The notes under the pieces are model-generated. The model made no database searches. It worked only from the letters and a program-made list of their open reading frames with translations, and had not been told where the DNA came from. Source: a virus (lineage: Duplodnaviria > Caudoviricetes). From it: a stretch of 63,982 bases of DNA. A program made the translations under genes and the position numbers. Shown in pieces: positions 22,301 through 28,404 of this stretch. Every line of letters starts with the position of its first letter. The stretch's first letter is position 1. The DNA lies in the IMG/VR virus record IMGVR_UViG_3300033182_000145, positions 1-63,982 of that record. One strand, written 5' to 3'.

Positions 22301-24558
22301 CAATCAAGGAAGAGTTACCCAACTATCTTCACTTCAGTAAGGGGCGAACTGGCTCTGTCCAGAACTACGCCTATAACTATAAAACAGCAATTGATGTTCA
22401 TATTGATAATCTCTTAAACAGAGCATCTGTGGGGATGTATTATCCAAACGATAACTGGATTATTCCTAGTATTGATGTATTGGTAGACAATCCTGCTATC
22501 CGTACTCAGCTGTCTCTGGAGCCTATGCAGATTGTTGAAGACATGAAGCGAGGTACTATCGGAAATCTGTTTGAACGAGCAATGCTTAATAAGTACTATA
22601 ACGTTGAAGGAACCATTGGAGATGTTATTACTCTCTTTGAGGAAAGTATGGAAAGAGCAGTTGATATTAGGAATGATGATGGTTCTGTTTTAAGCGATAC
22701 CGATACTCAGGATATGTTTAATTCTGCTAAGGTTCTTAGAGGAAAGTATCTTACCACGAAGGGAATACATCTTGCTTCTAACAGTCCGTCTAGGGTTGAA
22801 AGATTATTAGGGGATCTTGGTCCGGGCATAACCCGAACAATCTTCGGAGGAAACCTTGCCCTCGCTTCCTTTACGGTGGAAACTATGGCTAGCACTTTCC
22901 AAGAATTGTTTGGCCGAGGTAATATCATGGGAGCAGTTAGAACTATTCTTGGCCCGGTAACTGGCTTAACGCCGGGTGGTGTTACCCTTAACTCTGAACA
23001 GAAAGCTAAGCTTCAGCGAGACTTAATGCATACTATTGAAGCATTGACTAAGGGATATCTCCCTGATTATGAGAAGCCCTCTACGGCTGTCCAAGAAAAG
23101 GCTCTGACTCGATTCTTTAACTGGACAGGTAAGCACTCCATGCGTCCCGCAGAACATATGTTACGGGTTACGGCTATCTCCAGAGCGGTCTCCTTTAGAA
23201 CATTTGTTACTGAAGGGTTTAGGCAACGGAACAGCAGTGGTAAGATTAAGTTTGTTGCTCTTGCTGAGTCTATTCGTGATAAACCTTTAGATCCGAACAA
23301 CGATGCGGATATTAAAAGCAGATTGAGAGAAGCTGGGTTTAATAACTGGATGGACAAAGATCTGACTATTATCACTTATCTGCTTTCAAATGGTTTATTA
23401 GATATGCAGGTTCAGACTCAATCAGGAGTGGTTGGTCAGAATACTGATGGATTATTCCACGCTTTCCTTGCGGAAATGGAGAAAACCTTGGAAAGTGGGG
23501 ATCCCTATTATAGCACCGGAGATATGTTTAACGAAATCGTAAGAACGATGGACGGTGGTAGTGCAGCTTTCCAGACCAGACAGGCTGTTATTGTGGGATT
23601 GAAAAAGGCAGAGAAGGCCTTTATTGAAGAAATTATTCTTAAACCAAACGCCTTTGATGTGTTTACCCCCGGCGTAACTAAGGGAGGGGAAGTCCAGAGT
23701 GTCGGTGCTTTAGATCCTCTCTTTGAAATCTATCGTCGATACCCCATGATCTTTGTGGGACAGCATATGATGAGGAAGTCTAATAGGTTGCATATAGGAC
23801 GCTACGCCTTTGGTCTGATGAATCTACTTATGCTGGATGTCTTATACATGATGCTACTGAGGTTGGCTATGGGATCTCGTTTAGAAGATATCGAGAAAGA
23901 GTTTGAGGAAAAGCCCACAGAGTTTATGATGAAATACTTAACTAGATTACCTATCCTTGGGCGATACATGGGCTTAGTTGGAGAGGCTGTCTCTACGATG
24001 TACAGTGGATATGGTAGAGAGCCCGGAGGATTTATTCCTGTGGGTGCTCTGTACGCGGGCTATAAAGGCATTCACAGGGCTGTCAAGAGCCAGATGAATG
24101 ATGCTCCCTCGAAGTGGTCTGATACCGTAAACTCGCTCAGAGTGGTTCCTATCGTCGGAGACAGGCTCCTATCGCTTGCCTTCTATACGGCTATGGGAGA
24201 CAACATTACTAGAAGAAATATTAACAGCAGTGGAACTACTAGGGATTTGGCTTCTAGAGTCAGAGGAAGCTACGGCGTTCCTCTGGAGGCTGTAAACTAT
24301 ATGTGGCCTGCTTTGACTTCAGAAATGGTACGGGAGTTTATGGTAGGCCAAAACATTAGCTGGCCTGCCTACGAGATGGCCAATGAGCCCTCTCCTTATC
24401 AGATGGCTCCGATGCCGACTACGCCTCCCCCGGCTGTTGAAGAACCCACTGCTCCAACACCTACACCGACCCTACCTACTACGCCTGTCGTAGATAGATT
24501 GGGAGAACAGAAAGGAACGTCAAGCGAGCTTGTCGAAAGACTAACAGGGGGAAGCTGA
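10372..24558 (+). CDS. Giant internal virion protein (4728 aa, gp16 position) with an RNAP motif-B-like segment and a zincin HExxH motif
   Basis: AGGAGG RBS; LREFLKIPIMRKLYGGG (Rx3Kx7YG) at aa ~1935-1948; FAHELFH at aa ~3311 with downstream DEYLA; hydrophobic segments near both termini. Confidence 0.7.
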   Translation: MTDFSWAYNPLDIKPTSTMVRQIQKEELKKYQEGFQSVPRTSEGAQYESTLANPTIFIDKAGKRVRGHMTALQAGAEAMAARYSRGYTSKNRAFSQYVARMALGGRDLSTWDPDGKAPLLSLNDNQEQLLTKFLGENTWNNNIFAYNELGDLPVLNNFYQTPEELFEDPAPANWNTAAALEQLELADPNLYYSLEYSLGGKERLEAVVEKARNPVEFFFKLNDAQQMQAIAQSFEEFSKEANWIEESGVFIFNFIRDGILNDPDMAASMAITGLLSLTTAGIGGAAYAAIKLAKNANKIATVLKNVKRFNKVQMGTRWVSMHLPENIGPYLMQSKFFKDSYQHMSKLQQVGVNALANATEGLITGSLAETANQFKLVDAGIQEKVSGAAIAREGLLEMAISPLINPAIGRLYTGISTLSIGAGRLTYNAGAYFGKQLNLVTPDLGKTLSKIGKEASQNFSPEGLQRTIHVYEAKDRLKTNLSALLGEEQNIGDWIDGDEMMPNLLNIIRRVTNLDDTVLLDSLNTSLEAFIADPENKNITMDPMGLAVGLIGSLALDPEINAKMQQQGSDVFTGALQQFLATREIVSESKNSMEYTGEEMTPTQFAEWIVENNAEYLTMPPETKAEAKKEAGDKWDDMSHSERTKKTEDVHNRMVEDQNAELNDIAQEQVGTTQKLETETKTGASVTGTPLNPPSPGVNPVVHAQKEANRVAEQLEKELNKITKELKEARKRNMPLSDIKARRRKVVNQLKKIRTAAKRLTRLQDQFLNAMGATKKDIELGKKIMELTNNFEAVKEQVLPQLEIEGKLLELTNRSLLLTRLFLDEEAEGTLFERTIRSYADRSKITEEDITLLEEIKLFIEEDLKPYHDQGAKLLTPEGKLYKYIIHILDNKGKINYNDYHKNFIKGLTELPRTLSKAMQSVHGETFARYKSLEDEILNLEREQRLERKKAVIAEGRKQVLELAGIATMPSVLQERKAVRLENESRKEILLRLVDEFVDEKSTTITQVDSQIDSSRLVTEKTKAAAKRQGATDEQIAEDIAKAEADADKFAGKSVMEEGADMPSAVAKTADTQKALGKLTDEQLDRVDKLIDSHDYDADDLAIHIPVVWVSNGRIEVASKSEVLNLGSKEEAKAAVSEAKASRVEVKKKTITKMNPADPEFAAVIDDKNLKKKLGKKPLKIEEVKKRISEFYEKKIATLTKGLRPSIRTNRAPRYYPKVRDETHKYLHNFTDDEILSVDYDYIERIESNRMDLSEVVRSPEEELKELTQWKVNLINLFRYFSNTNHKDLENGVHVFRIIASMPSYFRKISLDGSIHIFLQEALMDQENFGVDDDISTQRFDLNKVIELVSEQENKAFRATDGIKKRMAQEYGAKIEEQLRREGDPSNVNDLETALEFITKVRQALDFYYQSNARPNGPDGPVRYVLEVDEFGRATETTDSTTVYVAAVRTGITARIHQLTRAKFKNKFTALLEKAKKEGAKGSTDQEVITDYIVNNLNLMNSSELDTAGYVEFTLEGFGDGTLAWGNDPGTVGGAIVDTFLGRAIPELYNLQAVDSIEASNINERSIDQGESLIVTPAGIGDLNLAAPVGLWKIARVVENARWRSRITAILEAAREGKLTAKQKKILEKWKEDQVIPEDISPTDDQLGAFLLPQIFGHNMQEKAMTRDQQIEAITYFLSDIPQISASIIQDSITLSRGSVVRFRDTAEAPQPLSLGNMESMPKMGTMNAIPISRIGELLALESMIPNLTNYTTNMVKFADRYAREYREKWEAANPGKEFDQSIIFDPAAYDDMGASIDSIIHTLSLAATRAPQVSDALANLEAMFIMPNGTETDFELLKLDEKGNIVVSDEARKRGFTSRAEEDYYINTGITLVSKMNEMFGENHPLRKQAGEFIGVLNWLTDNNITTAIEYQNKIKELEESGNQKELAKADALREFLKIPIMRKLYGGGLPSFRSEFIGRTANSKKVIADLNKAFGIKLSEDNIMGMGKILLNRAQNQAIVLLNSALGLQPKKLKAVRNFLSLKPDQDLTARGQNLKASWEEIVRSLNTPHGQQTTLTDSNPLTTLDIAITNLTAQLNDIAEIEGIRFAEAKRKYAHAEKGLNYLKKLKKDHTELEVGSEEWATFQEIVHGKKQTWRTIGLFKALNILNSSAYKANIERITAVAEDFGLTGFDAKDWLGLENLVLYHLNLPTASSKRSYAHGADTNGIFNERAVVSPELYENFRAKMKQLEAKQGAPISRQQFLAEFNEFLSAENIDSMGMWDLKDNVMRRKEDGELKSREEIQEEIGELLDIGALLYWAQNDKLPPGMFENQLDDLGDVEVYKHVLEDMARKTEERAEGIITEQQEEEMAYREGYHEFLRLKAKIAGGLVHPRVANDLDLPVVDFYTRERSISEMVPTSAGQLHISTVNPKGVLSMMPQTKRMSFHNIGIPVLQEIAIRRQINNILSPVQRLTNDQTLTKEEGLISEEFLGYRGPWKEESLPKPLPITIDEIADLRARDTDGSHLKAIRIITDLRVWADERGMDPTKIQGEAIPFWFVVKEMEQARHNLFLRSEEQAFSEEGGLAGVDFVRQQNRLNWLSDLHNITYYSRDLKNRELSGLTIEEQSRKLALMTKASEETWINLLRNRVSEDNPYGKALSSPTKVAAALEMILPREAFLRIKRSIDSNAEIVWSELAELASIWQQTDFNYYLVSQFYNNSVFPDALKEFSIEENGKTIHPYRDMLVPELDENGVVKKDSKGKDLMIEVWKDPNSWINHIKPEHKEELIQIAQRLVDDPEKGVGNVVFDTLMIEKLETDPRGRSKAARDMYYALFPKEDVNAVSESTSLKSPFPALQAQGQSSSKVRGTGGDLVLTPARALEMLTFLENFNFYQRVQTQELLDGKAIGAVMDSSREEAINRETLSRRLRNGLGHSQTEMTKASQQTSEAILRLARGRQTRTITNDKQTLYGAHPKVVDLDHYTNFDSSYTDNFAPAWVESFIGNLSKIEHLWKTTGIDNFVRLDRGERNVLAYLEELKKTVRTEQKGQALAETIALSILIDNVGKDLVISPEEIHTFFNRDLMTEEDISKGIDVATGMMRQINRGYSLYKNNPNTDVRMYPALVSLAREVFSSYDLSQKDLVAEFKELYVEKVNPSADEQFGFSRKDDTVEFENGDSALHYVLTHALGEELETLNTRRDMPDVDSLTPKQFQIIGQDLVTAVQTSESFEKAIRSIDPTGNINSDLLRLGQQLRDMENQGLVHKNNLKLLRAMILRLHDISPDWFSDFNFEYIDAAERTAALRDEEGNVVVRLGRDLTRPYSSPDVALTFAHELFHVGKFKFVESNPGVWNQWKALWDSTAGRSLMRKHVTAWNNGKFNAAEYDAYMKNPDEYLAALGSFFMMNDILPVVDTLTVEERNINNKTMSVLGKVLDFVRNMFNRVSNVWANFYSANPELSNHVETLIQRTMGWDHKAGKGLKADKIAGAPTEMFMRMKYPQAEETFNSTDFEKKVRQFVALREKHDNNTIGREELVEYDGLREYFSTSNEAQVHTNLGQTRQEFYETKLFIEEHYMTQTGSIDITKILNDTPQSVRGIIPREQARDSIILTATQMMMDQIKSRFGPTIQRNAGEIAATLGAGVSKLFGKESRFMEQQLAEWTTGKAGTNFTFNGPHQFVAHLTQLIDDNIGTSLGQYTNVHGLYSLNNIMNQLDLFSENILPAITGIQKITRNFVQRVVDTPNLDPKARDMETKINSEMAKLFENPNHEINFDNDENLLKLNTEKIGELQDHMKTVASTMRKLLQSYEGVLRELGESREGAQIRTPLRLSTNIRDTTGSENFRVELRKIFREGLENNDLSIDALTMIEGGLLPRTDRRASLVEDLDRLEREYPGYRQFIAYELGSTLQTRSETQLTEDQLTERGEAILKGLKSDTTEISNHSLGLTRKAVIEIMKKMQRGDLTWTKIARMDNTARLRDTYMATIREGSTKIGTERLQSLSAIKEELPNYLHFSKGRTGSVQNYAYNYKTAIDVHIDNLLNRASVGMYYPNDNWIIPSIDVLVDNPAIRTQLSLEPMQIVEDMKRGTIGNLFERAMLNKYYNVEGTIGDVITLFEESMERAVDIRNDDGSVLSDTDTQDMFNSAKVLRGKYLTTKGIHLASNSPSRVERLLGDLGPGITRTIFGGNLALASFTVETMASTFQELFGRGNIMGAVRTILGPVTGLTPGGVTLNSEQKAKLQRDLMHTIEALTKGYLPDYEKPSTAVQEKALTRFFNWTGKHSMRPAEHMLRVTAISRAVSFRTFVTEGFRQRNSSGKIKFVALAESIRDKPLDPNNDADIKSRLREAGFNNWMDKDLTIITYLLSNGLLDMQVQTQSGVVGQNTDGLFHAFLAEMEKTLESGDPYYSTGDMFNEIVRTMDGGSAAFQTRQAVIVGLKKAEKAFIEEIILKPNAFDVFTPGVTKGGEVQSVGALDPLFEIYRRYPMIFVGQHMMRKSNRLHIGRYAFGLMNLLMLDVLYMMLLRLAMGSRLEDIEKEFEEKPTEFMMKYLTRLPILGRYMGLVGEAVSTMYSGYGREPGGFIPVGALYAGYKGIHRAVKSQMNDAPSKWSDTVNSLRVVPIVGDRLLSLAFYTAMGDNITRRNINSSGTTRDLASRVRGSYGVPLEAVNYMWPALTSEMVREFMVGQNISWPAYEMANEPSPYQMAPMPTTPPPAVEEPTAPTPTPTLPTTPVVDRLGEQKGTSSELVERLTGGS

Positions 24559-24875
24559 TGACTGAATGCGAAAATTGTAAAGAACGAGAAGTTAAACAAC
24601 TGAGAGAAGACCTACAGAAATGTAAGAAAAATAACCAAACCAAAGATAAAAAACTAAAAGAACAGAATAAGAAGGTTTTTATCCTAACGATCATTGGGGT
24701 AGCTATTGCAGCTATCTTTGGCAAGGAAGTATTAGATATGATTACCGAGTGGATGGGATCAGTCGATGGATTCAGATCTACCGTTTTACAGGGGTTGATT
24801 CTACCGGCCCCTAGTACCTTAAGCTTGTATTGTCTCGCTTTTGTGTGTGGAGGTCGACGAAAGAGAATCGACTAG
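24558..24875 (+). CDS. Small membrane protein with coiled coil, TM helix and PEP-CTERM-like C-terminus
   Basis: CxxC, coiled coil, TM VFILTIIGVAIAAIFG; ends LPAPSTLSLYCLAFVCGGRRKRID. Confidence 0.7.
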   Translation: MTECENCKEREVKQLREDLQKCKKNNQTKDKKLKEQNKKVFILTIIGVAIAAIFGKEVLDMITEWMGSVDGFRSTVLQGLILPAPSTLSLYCLAFVCGGRRKRID

Positions 24876-25001
24876 GGGGGTCACGAATTTGCGTGGGACA
24901 TAGGAGGGGGTTGGCTCCGTGCCTTCCCCCCCGTACCCCCTATGCAACTGCTGCCTGCATAGTGGGGTCTGTCTCACTGGCGGCACAGGAGGTTAGTCAC
25001 A

Positions 25002-25256
25002 ATGACTAGCAAATCGGTTTACCATGCTCTGAGTCGTATCCTCTACGGCTACGGACTGGCGTTGTTCTTCCTCGGTATGTGGTTCATCTACTACCAGACG
25101 ACTAACAGTTTCGAACTGGAGGTCTCTGGTATGGGACCAGCCACTGCGAGTTTGGTGTCATGGTTCCTCCTCGGGCCTTGCATCTCATTCGTTGGGGTGG
25201 CGACATACTTCGTGGGAATCTACTGCGAACTCCGTCGGGACGAAGAGAAGTCATGA
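25002..25256 (+). CDS. Early small membrane protein (two TM helices)
   Basis: 84 aa; AGGAGG RBS; two hydrophobic stretches. Confidence 0.7.
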   Translation: MTSKSVYHALSRILYGYGLALFFLGMWFIYYQTTNSFELEVSGMGPATASLVSWFLLGPCISFVGVATYFVGIYCELRRDEEKS

Positions 25257-25471
25257 GTCATTCCTTCAAGAAGGGAGACTTCGTGACTACTCCGCCCCGA
25301 AACGGTGCCCAGCACCGTGGACGGGCGAAAGTAGTAGTCGTTGGTCGGAAGAAGGTAACGGTTAGGTTTATGCCTGATCACCCTAAATCCGACACAGCCA
25401 AGTTCAAGCCTGAGCAGCTGAGGTACTGGCTCAAGGGCAACGTGCATCGCAACAAGCGAACGCACGGCTGA
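25253..25471 (+). CDS. Early basic protein, 72 aa, possible SH3/KOW-like beta-barrel
   Basis: MSHSFKKGDFV...GRAKVVVVGRKKVTVRF; ATGA overlap with the upstream gene. Confidence 0.6.
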   Translation: MSHSFKKGDFVTTPPRNGAQHRGRAKVVVVGRKKVTVRFMPDHPKSDTAKFKPEQLRYWLKGNVHRNKRTHG

Positions 25472-25473
25472 CA

Positions 25474-25667
25474 CCGTGGTGCTCCTTAACGGGAGCACTA
25501 CGGCTTCGGGTTCTTCGGAACCCTAGAGAGAGATGTACATCCTCTCTGGATCCCAAGGAAGGGAAGAGAGAAGGATGTATGCTAGACGGCTAACGTCTAG
25601 TCAAGCCTTGCAAGCGACAACCCTAACGGGAATCGCTTGCATTGTGCCTCGAGCCGTTCGAGGCATG
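25474..25667 (+). ncRNA. Array of six consecutive hairpins (structured leader, ncRNA or hairpin promoters)
   Basis: Inverted repeats at 25474-25503, 25508-25523 (C-TTCG-G), 25525-25547, 25581-25601, 25609-25641 and 25643-25667; TAACG at the tip of three of them. Confidence 0.55.
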
Positions 25668-25698
25668 CGTATGTTCAAACCTTTTGGAGTTAAATCCT

Positions 25699-27438
25699 AT
25701 GGGTAAGAATAAGGCGAAAGAGCAGAGCAAGTTTCTGCTCAGTGTGGTGAAACCCGCTGTGAAGCGATACCTCACCCCTCGGATGACGTTCTTCATCTCA
25801 CGCGGACTTGATGTTCGTGGTGTGATGGATCAGGCTACCCTGCCTGTGTTGCGTGATCCCGAGTTGGTGGCGGTTGTTGCGGAACACGGCTCTGGTGCTG
25901 TTGGAACAGCTGTCCGCAAGGTGGCTGGGAAGGAGTATCAGGACTACGTTCCTGAAAGCGAGATCTCCGTTCGACCCTTGGTCAACGTGAATCCCGTTAT
26001 CCTGTCGGGGAACAACCGCGTTCTGCGTTCTCGGTATGATGACCTCGGTACTCCTCAGAGTTCCGAGCAGTCCTGCCAGTACCAGACCTCGGTTCCCAAG
26101 TTCCTCGACGAGGCTCAGGTTGCTTCGATTGAGAAGTACCGCAGCACGCTTCCTTCTCACTTCGACCCCTCACAGAACGAGCAGGACAAGTTCCTGTCCG
26201 ATCGTGCGGTGTCGTGGATGGGGATGGTCGGTTCCGATGTGTTCTTCGAGCGCTACGACACTGTTTGTGGCGCTCTCCGTGAGTACGCCTCAGGGGAACA
26301 CAACGGAATGCAGAGCAAGGTCATCAGGCATTCGACTCTCATCGAGGAGCCTTACGCTCCTGATGAGGCGAGCCTGAAGGCGGTGGCTCGGCATCTCGGC
26401 TCTCACTTCGGGATGACCCACTCGGAACGTACAAAGTTCCTGTCGGATCAGGGCACTCGTAATGCCTTCTACGCCCGTCACGGGAAGAAGGCATGTGAGG
26501 CTGATAACTTGATCCGCTTGCTGGACGATGTTGACCGTACTGGTCAGACTCGTCGGCTGGTGGAGATCGATCAGGCTCACTCTGGACCGACTATCATCCA
26601 CTCCCTTCTCCGTCTCGACGGTGCAAAGGTGACTGGTAACCTGAATCACGCTGCTTACGAGCACGTCCTTCGGGTCAAGATGGTCAACCAGCTCCTTGCG
26701 ATGTTCCCTCGCCTCCGTTCTGTGGACCGTGCTACTCTCGAGAGCAAGGCCAAGAAGGGGGCAGCTGGTGGTACTTACGGAGCCGGACCCTCTAGGGTGG
26801 GTAAGGCTCTGCTGGGCATCGTTCCTCGTGATGAGGACGACGGCCCGGATGAGTACGAGGCTGATCCGAGGCTGTTGGAGTGGCTCGGCATTCCTGCCGA
26901 CACTCCTTCCAAGGAACTGCCCAAGAAGGTTGGGCAGCCCTTCCACCGGGCTCTGCACCTCGCGGCTCCCTATCTGGCACGCTACCACGTGCTGGTGAAG
27001 GAGATCTACAGGGAGAGCAATGGTCGGGCCTCGTTCTCCATTGGTGATGCCAAGTTGGAGCTCTTCTCCACTCGGTACAACAAGGAGGACACCGAACGTG
27101 TCAGCTTCCGGACTTCTCTCGGAGTCATGCACAGGCATCTGTTCTGTGTGGAAGAGGACAAGTACGGTCTGGGTTGGGCAGCAAGGATTGCCCACATGCT
27201 TGATGCCTTCATCAAGCGGATGGTGGTCCTTGATCTGGCGGAGCGTGGAATTCCTTGTCGGTCTTTCCACGATGCTCTCCAGATTCCACTGTGGGCTATT
27301 GCGTTTGCAAAGCGTCGGTGGAACTACTGGCACAACTACGCCATGCAGAACAACCCTCTGGTGCAGCTCGGCTGCGCTGAGGTTGCGAAGCGTGACGTGG
27401 TGCTCATGCCGGATGACGCGGTTCAGCTCTGCTTCTGA
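25699..27438 (+). CDS. Divergent, N-terminally reduced T7-family single-subunit RNA polymerase homologue (579 aa)
   Basis: Motifs in RNAP order: TPQSSE, motif A VEIDQAHSGPTII, motif B KAKKGAAGGTYGAG (Kx7YG), IAHMLDA, motif C SFHDAL; start placed at ATG 25699 after GGAG. Confidence 0.8.
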   Translation: MGKNKAKEQSKFLLSVVKPAVKRYLTPRMTFFISRGLDVRGVMDQATLPVLRDPELVAVVAEHGSGAVGTAVRKVAGKEYQDYVPESEISVRPLVNVNPVILSGNNRVLRSRYDDLGTPQSSEQSCQYQTSVPKFLDEAQVASIEKYRSTLPSHFDPSQNEQDKFLSDRAVSWMGMVGSDVFFERYDTVCGALREYASGEHNGMQSKVIRHSTLIEEPYAPDEASLKAVARHLGSHFGMTHSERTKFLSDQGTRNAFYARHGKKACEADNLIRLLDDVDRTGQTRRLVEIDQAHSGPTIIHSLLRLDGAKVTGNLNHAAYEHVLRVKMVNQLLAMFPRLRSVDRATLESKAKKGAAGGTYGAGPSRVGKALLGIVPRDEDDGPDEYEADPRLLEWLGIPADTPSKELPKKVGQPFHRALHLAAPYLARYHVLVKEIYRESNGRASFSIGDAKLELFSTRYNKEDTERVSFRTSLGVMHRHLFCVEEDKYGLGWAARIAHMLDAFIKRMVVLDLAERGIPCRSFHDALQIPLWAIAFAKRRWNYWHNYAMQNNPLVQLGCAEVAKRDVVLMPDDAVQLCF

Positions 27439-27460
27439 GCTGACACCACACAAACGGACC

Positions 27461-27494
27461 GGCGAGGGGGCCCGAAAGGGCCTCCTCGTCTTTT
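27461..27494 (+). terminator. Rho-independent terminator after the divergent RNAP
   Basis: ggcgagggggccc-gaaa-gggcctcctcgtc followed by tttt. Confidence 0.75.
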
Positions 27495-27559
27495 CGAGTT
27501 CTGTCCCTACCATCTGTTTGGTAGAGGGCAGCGCTCTAGGCTCCTATTAGGAGAAAGTC

Positions 27560-28078
27560 ATGACTGAAATCGTGACACAGGAGAAGTTCACCTACAAGGG
27601 CTTCTCGGCTGATGCCCCGGACATCGAGATCCGGTTCGTCGTCTGGAACAAGATGGACTGGCCCAGCAGGATCGTTCACACCGATCGCTGGACAGTCTTC
27701 GTGATCCCGGCGGACCTCAAGGGACTCACCTCTCTCGGCACGAAGTATCTCAGGGATGCTTCGCAGGAAGAGGTCTCTGAGTTCATGGATCAGACGATCA
27801 CGGACAAGCAGCAGCTGGATTTCCTGCCTACGAAGAACCTCACGGAACTTCGTGAACTCAAGGGACAGCCCACGCTTGAGACTCTCAAGAGTGGTGTCCG
27901 GTTGAGGGCTCGTGTGACTCTGGCTGATATCCCCGAATCTTTCGAGATCATCGGAGAAATCTCCCCAGATCACAACAGTGCCTCATGGTCACTGGAGAAG
28001 GCAATCAAGACACACTTCCCCGGATGCTTCCTCAAGCACCGGAACAAGTGCTCGTCTAATCCGAGTCCCTTCGGGTGA
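27560..28078 (+). CDS. Early hypothetical protein, 172 aa
   Basis: AGGAG RBS; same GC-rich codon style as its neighbours. Confidence 0.75.
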   Translation: MTEIVTQEKFTYKGFSADAPDIEIRFVVWNKMDWPSRIVHTDRWTVFVIPADLKGLTSLGTKYLRDASQEEVSEFMDQTITDKQQLDFLPTKNLTELRELKGQPTLETLKSGVRLRARVTLADIPESFEIIGEISPDHNSASWSLEKAIKTHFPGCFLKHRNKCSSNPSPFG

Positions 28079-28315
28079 GCTGACGACTATCGTCACCGGC
28101 CCCCGCCTCGTGCGGGGGTCGGAAACGATAGCCCTCTGGCTATCCTGTAGAGAGCCTGTCAAACTGGCAGGTTTTCACACAGTTCCTCTGAGGACTGAAG
28201 GGTGGCAAGGATCTGCAACCCAACTCAACATAAGGCAACGCAATATGATGTGGAGTCCATCACCAACACATACAACATATAGTATGACGTAAAGTTGGGT
28301 TATATGATAGGACAT

Positions 28316-28404
28316 ACCTAAGGTATACCTAAGGAGAAGGTTAGGGTAGTAAAAGTGTGTGGGTATTATAAGTTAGGGGAAGGCAACGTATAACCTAAGG
28401 TATA
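28316..28404. repeat. Short direct repeats ACCTAAGG(TATA)
   Basis: ACCTAAGG at 28316, 28327 and 28393; ACCTAAGGTATA is exact at 28316 and 28393. Confidence 0.6.

Noticed and set aside
25642-25698. ORF-track start of the 598-aa protein
   Set aside because: It falls inside a hairpin with no RBS; ATG 25699 follows GGAG.
25699-27438. Family A DNA polymerase or reverse transcriptase as an alternative call
   Set aside because: DxxxSG, HxxDA and HDA match RNAP rather than PolA (DxSxxE, HDE); there is no YxDD motif.
26290-27513. 407-aa minus-strand ORF
   Set aside because: Antisense shadow of the GC-rich RNAP-like gene; no recognisable motifs, and all credible genes are on the + strand.
28316-28404. 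CRISPR-like array
   Set aside because: The repeats are only 8-12 nt, irregularly spaced, and there are no cas genes.
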